A DNA stretch of 13,995 nt from Tubiluchus corallicola (lineage: Eukaryota; Animalia; Priapulida): NCBI GenBank assembly GCA_030141605.1, contig JAQGDQ010002128.1, positions 1-13,995 on the forward strand. The letters run 5' to 3'. Position 1 is the stretch's first letter, and every line of letters starts with the position of its first letter. Shown one piece after another: positions 1 through 9,017 of the stretch. Both the position numbers and the translations under genes were made by a program. The notes below the pieces were generated by a model. It was not told the DNA's origin, made no database searches, and was given only the letters and a program-made list of their open reading frames with translations.

Positions 1-2450
1 TGGATGAAGACTGAAGAAACTCTAGGCTACTGGATGAAGACTGAAGAAACTTTAGGCTACTGGATGAAGACTGAAGAAACTTTAGGCTACTGAATGAAGA
101 CTGAAGAAACTTTATGCTACTGAATGAAGACTGAAGAAGCTTTAGGCTACTGAATGAAGACTGAAGAAACTTTAGGCTACTGAATGAAGACTGAAGAAAC
201 TTTATGCTACTGGATGAAGACTGAAGAAACTTTAGGCTACTGGATGAAGACTGAAGAAACTTTAGGCTACTGGATGAAGACTGAAGAAACTTTAGGCTAC
301 TGAATGAAGACTGAAGAAGCTTTATGCTACTGAATGAAGACTGAAGAAGCTTTAGGCTACTGAATGAAGACTGAAGAAACTTTATGCTACTGAATGAAGA
401 CTGAAGAAACTTTATGCTATTGGATGAAGACTGAAGAAACTTTAGGCTACTGGATGAAGACTGAAGAAACTTTAGGCTACTGAATGAAGACTGAAGAAAC
501 TTTAGGCTACTGAATGAAGACTGAAGAAACTTTAGGCTACTGGGTGAAGACTGAAGAAGCTTTAGGCTACTGGATGAAGACTGAAGAAACTTTAGGCTAC
601 TGAATGAAGACTGAAGAAACTTTAGGCTACTGGATGAAGACTGAAGAAACTTTAGGCTACTGAATGAAGACTGAAGAAGCTTTAGGCTACTGGATGAAGA
701 CTGAAGAAACTTTAGGCTACTGAATGAAGACTGAAGAAGCTTTAGGCTACTGAATGAAGACTGAAGAAACTTTATGCTACTGAATGAAGACTGAAGAAAC
801 TTTAGGCTACTGGATGAAGACTGAAGAAACTTTAGGCTATTGGATGAAGACTGAAGAAACTTTAGGCTACTGGATGAAGACTGAAGAAACTTTAGGCTAT
901 TGGATGAAGACTGAAGAAACTTTAGGCTATTGGATGAAGACTGAAGAAACTTTAGGCTACTGGATGAAGACTGAAGAAACTTTAGGCTACTGAATGAAGA
1001 CTGAAGAAACTTTAGGCTACTGAATGAAGACTGAAGAAACTTTAGGCTACTGGATGAAGACTGAAGAAACTTTATGCTATTGGATGAAGACTGAAGAAAC
1101 TTTAGGCTACTGGATGAAGACTGAAGAAGCTTTATGCTATTGGATGAAGACTGAAGAAACTCTAGGCTACTGGATGAAGACTGAAGAAACTTTATGCTAC
1201 TGGATGAAGACTGAAGAAGCTTTAGGCTACTGGATGAAGACTGAAGAAACTTTAGGCTACTGAATGAAGACTGAAGAAACTTTAGGCTACTGGGTGAAGA
1301 CTGAAGAAACTTTATGCTACTGGATGAAGACTGAAGAAACTTTAGGCTACTGAATGAAGACTGAAGAAACTTTAGGCTACTGGATGAAGACTGAAGAAAC
1401 TTTAGGCTACTGGATGAAGACTGAAGAAGCTTTATGCTACTGGATGAAGACTGAAGAAACTTTATGCTACTGGATGAAGACTGAAGAAACTTTAGGCTAC
1501 TGAATGAAGACTGAAGAAACTTTAGGCTACTGGGTGAAGACTGAAGAAGCTTTAGGCTACTGGATGAAGACTGAAGAAACTTTAGGCTACTGAATGAAGA
1601 CTGAAGAAACTTTAGGCTACTGGATGAAGACTGAAGAAACTTTAGGCTACTGGATGAAGACTGAAGAAGCTTTAGGCTACTGGATGAAGACTGAAGAAAC
1701 TCTAGGCTACTGGATGAAGACTGAAGAAACTTTAGGCTACTGGATGAAGACTGAAGAAACTTTATGCTATTGGATGAAGACTGAAGAAACTCTAGGCTAC
1801 TGGATGAAGACTGAAGAAACTTTAGGCTACAGGATGAAGACTGAAGAAACTTTATGCTACTGGATGAAGACTGAAGAAACTTTAGGCTACTGGATGAAGA
1901 CTGAAGAAACTTTAGGCTACAGGATGAAGACTGAAGAAGCTTTATGCTACTGGATGAAGACTGAAGAAGCTTTAGGCTACTGGATGAAGACTGAAGAAAC
2001 TTTAGGCTACTGGATGAAGACTGAAGAAACTCTAGGCTACTGGATGAAGACTGAAGAAACTTTAGGCTACTGGATGAAGACTGAAGAAACTTTAGGCTAC
2101 TGGATGAAGACTGAAGAAACTTTAGGCTACTGGATGAAGACTGAAGAAACTTTAGGCTACTGAATGAAGACTGAAGAAACTTTAGGCTACTGGATGAAGA
2201 CTGAAGAAACTTTATGCTACTGGATGAAGACTGAAGAAACTTTAGGCTACTGGATGAAGACTGAAGAAACTTTAGGCTACTGGATGAAGACTGAAGAAAC
2301 TTTAGGCTACTGGATGAAGACTGAAGAAACTTTAGGCTACTGAATGAAGACTGAAGAAACTTTAGGCTACTGGATGAAGACTGAAGAAACTTTAGGCTAC
2401 TGGATGAAGACTGAAAAAACTTTAGGCTACTGGATGAAGACTGAAGAAGC
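1..2450. repeat. 30-bp minisatellite (TGGATGAAGACTGAAGAAACTTTAGGCTAC), 81 full units plus a 20-bp partial, open at the left window edge
   Basis: Directly visible exact 30-bp period with no indels. Substitutions recur at only a few unit positions (1, 3, 4, 19, 22, 25, 30). Confidence 0.99.
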
Positions 2451-2740
2451 ACAAATGGAAAAGTAGGTAAAAATAGCACAGGAAAAATGGTACGCTGACA
2501 TAACAGAGAAAAAATGCCAACCAAACAGACAAACAAACAGACAGACTGTGTTGAAGAACAACTTCCTTGGCAGAGGTAAGAACAACTAAAATAATTATTC
2601 CTCCTGTAACCCTAACCCTAAACATATATTTTACTCAGTGTGCCATTTTTTACTGTGCTATTTTTACCTAGTTTTCCATTTGTGCCATTTTTCCTGTGCC
2701 ATTTTACCGCAACATTTCTCCGTGAGCCATTTTTACCGAC
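2449..2740. mobile_element. Foldback/MITE-like element with modular inverted arms and an internal (TAACCC) tract
   Basis: 2449-2498 (gcacaaatggaaaagtaggtaaaaatagcacaggaaaaatggtacgctga) is a near reverse complement of 2635-2685. Further (t)gccattttt subrepeats continue to ~2740. taaccctaaccctaa lies at 2607-2621. Confidence 0.65.
2517..2579 (-). mobile_element. Terminal fragment resembling a non-autonomous Helentron/DINE-1-like element
   Basis: The minus strand reads TTACCTCTGCCAAGGAAGT (short imperfect hairpin) followed by GTCT/GTTT tetramers. This hairpin-plus-microsatellite layout is recalled from Helentron-associated elements and was not searched. Confidence 0.45.
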
Positions 2741-3642
2741 CATCAACTTTTACAGTATCAGCATATAGTTGCTTTTTTCACTTTTAAAGACGCTCCTTAT
2801 TAAGCCTTCGCATCACTTAAAACTGCCAAATGGTTGATAATAACAAAGCTTCGTTAACGGTCTTCAGGCAAGGCAAACTAGAAAAAATGCTTATGTTGTA
2901 ATTTACAAGCAATTTCCTCAAACACACGACCTTCCTGTAAAGATATTACTGTCAGTCATACGACAATCATATTAATTGAAATTCAACCTTCACCGGGTAA
3001 ATGATGACTGCACGGGGTTCATTATTTAGACATTTTGATTGTGATTTAAAGCAATGAAATCGGTTATTTAGCATTTCCGCAGACACGTGTTTATTTGAAG
3101 TGTTCAGAACAATTATGAAAAAGAAATAACTGATACTAGATGATAATTAATCAAACGAACCAATGCTGAATTTAAAGCATAAGAGACTCCCTTTTCTTAC
3201 ACAAAACTTAAAAAATTCGTCTTCAGATTTTATTCCACCTATATGTTGTCTTATTACATACAGAGCTTGCCTTAGTAACAACCATGTAAAACTTGTAAAT
3301 TTAAACTTTCACGATGCCGTTAGGCGCAGCCATTTAACGGTAAATCGTTTTATACAAGTTTAGATAACATTGTGCAAAAAATAATCAGACCATTCGTCGC
3401 ACACACTCCACTAATTCAACAAAACTTTAAATTACTGTGTCTTGTCAATAGGATCAAAAATAAGTTTTTTGGTGAGTCACTGCTGCACACTGGGAAGGTG
3501 AGCCAGCGACATTTTACCAACTGGCGTGAACATTTTCAATTATTAAGAATTTTCTTTTCTAATTACATAAGTGTTTCAAGAATATAAGCGTAATGCTAAG
3601 TAATATAACTTTGCGTGGAAAGTTTTTTGGTACATACTTTAA

Positions 3643-4075
3643 CCCTTTCATACCCGTTGTATCCCATGGGATACGAGAATATTTTCTGCCTTTAAAATTA
3701 GTAAAATTTTAAAACTGACAGTTATTTGATCTGTTAATAGTTATTTTGATTTAAGCCAATAACAATAGACTAAAAATGGTGATAAAATGGCAAACTAGAA
3801 AATCTACATAGCATAAAAACTGCGCAAGGTACAGAACTTTAGAGACGACTTTGTACAGATCAGCATAGCATGCATACTAAATGTCTTAAATACTTTAAAA
3901 AATTATCAGCAGTTGCAAAATGAAGCACATTTTATGCTTGCATTGAATCCCAATGTATCCCGTGGGATACAGGCTATATTTAGCACGCAGGCACAGGCAG
4001 AAAAAATAATTACTGAACAAAAGTACCAAATCAAAAATTTTTTTCTTATTAAAAAATAATTTGGGACTGAAAGGG
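3643..4075. mobile_element. piggyBac-type MITE (433 bp, non-autonomous)
   Basis: TTAA on both sides (3639-3642, 4076-4079). TIRs CCCTTTCATACCC / GGGACTGAAAGGG match at 11/13. An internal palindrome occurs twice: GTATCCCATGGGATAC at 3659-3674 and GTATCCCGTGGGATAC at 3955-3970. No transposase ORF. Confidence 0.85.
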
Positions 4076-4753
4076 TTAAAACTGCCCTTTCTTCACTTTA
4101 AAAAAACAATGATTGGTATTGATTTCTGATTAGTATTGGTAACACATCAAATGTGCAGGATCCACTTCAAAGTTTGTTCACTACGAAGACAAGAAGAAAC
4201 GTAACAACTTATACAAATACAGCCTCTTCCAAGTGGTTTCGAAATAAACCAGGAAATTGATCGCACGTGAGTCTACGGCAATCTTTAGAACATAGCAGAT
4301 GGTCTGTTGCCTTATCCATTATCCTACAGACGTAAGTTTCATCAGTGAAATCAAATCTGCCCAGGCGTGGCTACTATTATGGCGACCATCTTGTCGACTC
4401 TAATTAGTTCTGCAAGAATTCCCAGACGGGATACCGGAGAATTTTTTGACAAAAGACTCCCCTCTAACAATGAGATGACTGCAGACAATAAAAAGTTGTT
4501 TCAATTTACAGCAATTTGCAGACAAGGATGAGCGAACCTAAACCCCATAATACACGAAAATCATCATTATTTTTAATTGAGGCCATTTTTCTTTCTACCT
4601 AATTACTGCTTTATGTTGACGTACGTTCAGACGACCTTCAACCAGAAGAGAAGGAAGAGGGGGGTTATTAACGAGCCCAGGGACGATGCGAAAAATGTCC
4701 TTTGGGAAAATAGGCTCCCTCCCACCACCTCCAGACAGGTATTCAATGCCAGG

Positions 4754-4760
4754 TATATAA
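4754..4760 (+). promoter_or_regulatory. TATA-like box about 26 bp upstream of the 5S head
   Basis: TATATAA at -26..-20, where many invertebrate 5S genes carry an upstream TATA-like element. It may be chance because it overlaps a short (TAA)n run. Confidence 0.3.
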
Positions 4761-4779
4761 TAATAATAGTATGGGGATG

Positions 4780-4899
4780 AGCTACGGCCAAATCACGTTG
4801 AAAACACCGGTTCTCGTTTGATCACCGAAGTTAAGCAACGTAGAGCCTGGTTAGTACTTGGACGGGTGACCGCCTAGGAATACCAGGTGTTGTAGGCTT
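4780..4899 (+). rRNA. 5S rRNA: 5S rRNA sequence (solo, slightly diverged copy; probably a SINE head or pseudogene rather than a functional 5S gene)
   Basis: 120-nt match to the animal 5S consensus (CTACGGCCA...GATCACCGAAGTTAAGC...TTAGTACTTGGA.GGGTGACCGCCT.GGAATACC.GGTGTTGTAGGCTT). Box A is at ~4829-4843 and box C at ~4859-4876. A few changes from consensus (first 2 nt, GTTTGA, GGACGGG, CCTAGG). No T4 terminator and not in a tandem array. Confidence 0.93.
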
Positions 4900-5329
4900 G
4901 CGGGATGCCCACACTGTGTCTCGATACTAAGCGGGAGGCGCTGCACAAGCAGCCAAGGCTAGAGGGCGGAGGAGGTCAAGTGACACAACGGCCATGTGTA
5001 GAAGAGTGAACCTTCCAAATCAGGAGTGGAGCTCCGAAGGCGGACCAGTGCAGCATGCTCACTGACTCTGGCAGCTCCTGCAGGGAACCTGGAGCCAAAC
5101 GTATCGCCCCGCTTTCCTTTGGACTGCACCAGCAAGGAAGAGAGGTGGTTCCTGTTGTCTGGGCAACTCAGGATCTCCATACACCTTGCCCACACGTGCG
5201 CCCTGGAGACGTTCAAGGACCGCACTGCTCAGTCACAGTTGACGCTGCAGCTCCATCAACGTGAACAATAACTGACTCTCTTGGCGCACACTCCATTGTC
5301 TTCCGAGACAGAAGGATGCCAACAACAAC
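4780..5329 (+). mobile_element. 5S rRNA-derived SINE (SINE3 type) with a GC-rich body and LINE-like (probably RTE-clade) 3' end
   Basis: The 5S head is fused to a body of roughly 60% GC in AT-rich flanks. It ends in the stem-loop TGTCT-TCCG-AGACA (5297-5310), then GAAGGATGCC and (AAC)3. No TTTT occurs anywhere in 4780-5329. Confidence 0.75.
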
Positions 5330-5736
5330 CATTATCATCAGGTATTGTTAGGTAGTTTGCAAAACAAAACCAACCAAAACCAACCCCAAGGATGCCACCC
5401 ATGGGGGATGGTGTGTGTGGTACATTACTGCATAAGTGAGTTAGTAGTTCATGGACGATATAATTCTATGCTTTTACCATAAATCCTATAATAAGCATCG
5501 TTATTAAGAAACCCTGCTGTGATATGAACTTGAGGAGGTAATCCAGTTTACGAAGAAAAACGTAAAAAATGCAGAAGGTCGAACAAAGAAGAATGGGGTC
5601 TGTGCATGGATAAGTAAAGGGTTAAATAAGTTGGCCTGCACGGTAACTTTGAAATTCCTCATTGCAATCGCTAGGGTTGAGGGAGTAGAGATGACGGGCA
5701 TTGAGGTTGAGGGTGCCGACGAAGGGTGTATTATCA

Positions 5737-6526
5737 ATTCAATTCAATTCAATTTATTTATAGCTTTATAGTGTTACAATAAAACATGATTAATAAAAGA
5801 ATCTCTAATAAGTTTTGAAAAATGGTTAAAATGTACAGATAGATCTAGAACTAGAGAAAGGATAGCGACAAGACTATAAAGTCACCTAGTCTGCTATCCT
5901 TTACCGAATACAGATAAAATGATTTTTAGACACTGGTGGGTATTAATGTTATCAGTTTAATTTAGGAAACATTAGTAATTTTTAAAATTATGACATTTGC
6001 TATATAATCCAGAGAAAAGAATATACATGTAGTTTAATTAACGGGCAACAAAATAAGGTCAATCTTGATTAAACTAAAAATTGCATTTAGATTTTATGTG
6101 AAATACAGGTCAAAATTGTTATGAAATGATAAAAACACTTTGGGTTAATAATGCTATTAATCAACAACAGGAGTTAAATACATTTTGATTTGAGTTCAAC
6201 TTCATTATTACTAGGCTCATTGATTAAGAACAAATCTACTGACTTGGACAATAACAATAAATAATATAATTCTCAATATACTGATAAGACAAACATTTAG
6301 CTATACAGGTTTTTTAGTGGGAGGGAGGGTGGTATTGTTTGGGCTGAGTTTAATTGCACTGAGAAATGTCAAAAATGAGCATTGGCTATTGTAGTGTTTG
6401 AGTTTAGTTTTTAATCTAGAAACGGTCCAAGTGAAATGTGGTTTTAATTTTACAATGTCTTCAACATTAATAACATTTATCATTAATAGCACATATCGTG
6501 TTTGTTGATATCATATATTGATTTTT
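5737..6526 (-). mobile_element. 5'-truncated LINE 3' end (CR1/L2/Crack-group-like)
   Basis: The minus strand ends AAATAAA(TTGAA)3 (plus strand aattcaattcaattcaatttattt, 5736-5759). A 3'-UTR-type stem-loop pairs AAAGGATAGC (5857-5866) with GCTATCCTTT (5893-5902). A direct repeat TATTATCA at 5729-5736 and 6527-6534 is a candidate TSD. Confidence 0.6.
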
Positions 6527-6698
6527 TATTATCACTGCGAATTTGCACAGCGCTCACGTTCACTCGCAATGGGATACTTAATAACTAATCTAATCTACAG
6601 CCAAAGAAAAAGAGCGAAATTCAGCCATCTTAAAAGTACGTGCTGCCTTCTTCGAACTGCTTTCTGCTATGCAACTTTTTATCTGTTCTGCTGTATAG

Positions 6699-6736
6699 GT
6701 TTCAGCGCATCACTGCAAGAACGTATTGGAGGAGCA
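6699..6736 (+). other. Candidate 38-nt spliceosomal exon
   Basis: Pyrimidine-rich tract and TAG acceptor (AG 6697-6698), then a GTATGT donor at 6737. All three frames are stop-free. The product is not recognised. Confidence 0.3.
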
Positions 6737-7215
6737 GTATGTTGCAAGTGCTACAGTTAAAATAAATTATCATTATGTTTCCCTTATCATTCATCATTAA
6801 GTTAAATTGTGTTATCATTTAGTGAAAAATAATTATCATTAAATTATCATCACTGGAGAGGTGAATTTTTCCAGTTCAAATGAAACTGAATCGAATTGAA
6901 TAATTCGAACATTGCACTTTTCAAGCTTTTACGCTGTCCGATAAGGCCCTAATTTGGTATTCAATCCACCCACTGCCTAAACTGCAAGATTAAGTCTATA
7001 AATTTTTACTGGCCTCGCACTATTTTCTCTCAGCGGATGTTCAACTCAAATGCCGTCGTGCTCTTTCTCAGAATAATGACTATAATTACGTATATTTGAC
7101 TCGTTCTAATTATGGAAAATTATGATGGAAATTTTCAGAGTTTCACCAAATTTTTATGAGAGGAAACTTGACAAAAACAGATCAATGGGCAAATGTTCTA
7201 GCATAGCGCATTCAC

Positions 7216-7552
7216 CATAATATATAAAAAAATATTATCAATTATATAAATGTCATAATATATAAAAAATTATTATCAATTATATAATGTCATAATATAT
7301 AAAAAATTATTATCAATTATATAAATGTCATAATATATAAAAAATTATTATCAATTATATAAATGTCATAATATATAAAAAATTATTATCAATTATATAA
7401 TGTCATAATATATAAAAAATTATTATCAATTATATAAATGTCATAATATATAAAAAATTATTATCAATTATATAAATGTCATAATATATAAAAATTATTA
7501 TCAATTATATAAATGTCATAATATATAAAAAATTATTATTAATTATATAAAT
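7216..7552. repeat. AT-rich 37-38-bp minisatellite (CATAATATATAAAAAATTATTATCAATTATATAAATGT), ~9 copies
   Basis: Unit starts at 7216, 7254, 7291, 7329, 7367, 7404, 7442, 7480 and 7517. Confidence 0.97.
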
Positions 7553-7601
7553 ATATATCGATATAAATATTATCGATATATTTACTGAACTGTACCTTTA
7601 G

Positions 7602-7637
7602 GTAAACAGGAGGAAGAAGTCATTGATAAAATGGCGA
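7602..7637 (+). other. Candidate 36-nt frame-preserving micro-exon
   Basis: The context is tactgaactgtacctttAG | GTAAACAGGAGGAAGAAGTCATTGATAAAATGGCGA | GTAAGT. The donor is a perfect consensus, the exon is purine/GAA-rich and its length is divisible by 3. It reads xKQEEEVIDKMA (phase 1) or VNRRKKSLIKWR (phase 0). Confidence 0.45.
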
Positions 7638-7646
7638 GTAAGTTTA

Positions 7647-7688
7647 TCACTCACTCACTCACTCACATTCACTCACTCACTCACACAC
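7647..7688. repeat. (TCAC)n microsatellite
   Basis: Directly visible imperfect tetranucleotide run. Confidence 0.9.
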
Positions 7689-8608
7689 TCCCTTTATTAG
7701 GGCCTACAAAAACTATGCATAATATATACTTGCAGAAAGACTGCACTGGAAATATACGAGCCAATGAAATGGAGATCAACTCCTGAAAAAAGAAACTTAT
7801 ACATTGGTGCAAAAATTTCGCTTTCAATAAAGCTTCGTCCACAAGCTTTTTAATGGGTGAAGCAACAACGGCAAGGGTTAGAAGCACCGATAAGGTTATC
7901 ACGCTTTCATAGCGCCCTCAATTAACTTTTTTATAAATATTATTATCTGGCTTAAATATCTCTAGACCTTCCTTGCTACGCGTAGATTCTTGTGAGCGGG
8001 TGAAGCGGTGCGACCCGTGCTTTGTGTTCTGTTTACACGGGTATTATTTTACGAAACTCTTTTACAAATCTCAAGAGTTTCCTGCTGAGTAGCGAATCTA
8101 CTTAACGTGCCAGTCAAGGTGATGTTGCAGCGACTTTCAAATCCCCAAGAACTAAAGCAATGAACGGCAAACGTAACGAAAACGGAACCGGCATTTGAAT
8201 CGATTTGCCATCGACTCGACTGTCCGGCAAGTGACGACGGCTGTCCGGCTCAAATCTTGCTTCCAAATCACAAAACGGATGTGGCCAAAAAGCGACGCAG
8301 CTCTTTAGCATTCGGCAATTTGTGCAAAAGCTGCCGTTGTCGTTTTTGAATGTGAACGTGGCTTAACGAAGTACACGAGTTTATACAAAAAAAGTATAAG
8401 AATGTGTGTGTTTGTTTAGAGTCAAATGCAAAATATTCAACTGCAAAGCAAAATGCCGTTTCATAAATGTTTTTTTCAAATTTAATGTCTTAAATTTCCA
8501 AAACTCTGTGAATAAAACAACGATTATGGACGGAATCTTGGATGTTATAATAAAAAATCTGTTTTTAATATGCCAACAAACAGATAATTCGCAGCACTAT
8601 ACAGGTTG

Positions 8609-8609
<1 letters not shown>

Positions 8610-8655
<46 letters not shown>

Positions 8656-8667
8656 TTCTTCTTCTTC

Positions 8668-8720
<53 letters not shown>
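8610..8720. repeat. Compound microsatellite (CAT)15(CTT)5(CAT)17
   Basis: Directly visible. Confidence 0.98.
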
Positions 8721-8872
8721 ATGCCCATTATGTCTATTGTAGATATTGGGCGGACAGAACTCTAAAATAAAAGAAATCTACCCTTAAGACAGGGGTAAAC
8801 ACAGCAGTTAAGCCAGCAAAAAAGTAGAGTCCGCTATGCCAGAGGCTTGTCAGCACCACTTCCGATTCCTTG

Positions 8873-9017
8873 TGTATAAAGACGAGCAATATGGAACACC
8901 TTTAAATGCAAAATTATAGAATAACCTCGACAAAATGCCGATCATAGTCAGGGCACTGTCTGTGTTTTCCTAGAGTTTTTTGCATTTCAAGGTGTTCCGT
9001 ATTGCCCATATTTACAT
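8873..9017. mobile_element. Palindromic (hairpin) MITE-like element
   Basis: 8886-8913 and 8978-9005 are reverse complements at 26/28. Degenerate pairing continues inward to a short loop near 8940-8950 and outward by ~12 bp. Confidence 0.65.

Noticed and set aside
784-2163. (MKTEETLGYW)n ORFs on the plus strand
   Set aside because: These are translations of the 30-bp repeat. The frame is repeatedly broken by the common TGG>TGA variant.
1-2450. Stop-free minus-strand frame (SLKFLQSSSS)n across the whole array
   Set aside because: This is easily expected for a unit divisible by 3. The recurrent variants change amino acids in this frame, so there is no sign of coding constraint.
1-2450. CRISPR array or tandem hammerhead ribozymes (CTGAAGA and GAAAC in each unit)
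   Set aside because: There are no unique spacers or cas genes. The two hammerhead-like motifs overlap and are not arranged around stems I-III.
4959-5271. Three overlapping ORFs of 69-88 aa
   Set aside because: They are a by-product of high GC in the SINE body, with no recognisable domain.
5610-5625. Second piggyBac-like end (AAAGGGTTAA)
   Set aside because: No dedicated partner end was found nearby, and the match is too short to call.
7681-7902. Minus-strand ORF with a signal-peptide-like start
   Set aside because: It starts at GTG, the nearby ATG is out of frame and stops at once, and the ORF ends in a microsatellite.
8100-8366. Possible PIF/Harbinger MITE ending TGTGAACGTGGCT-TAA
   Set aside because: Only one plausible terminus is present and no matching left TIR was seen.
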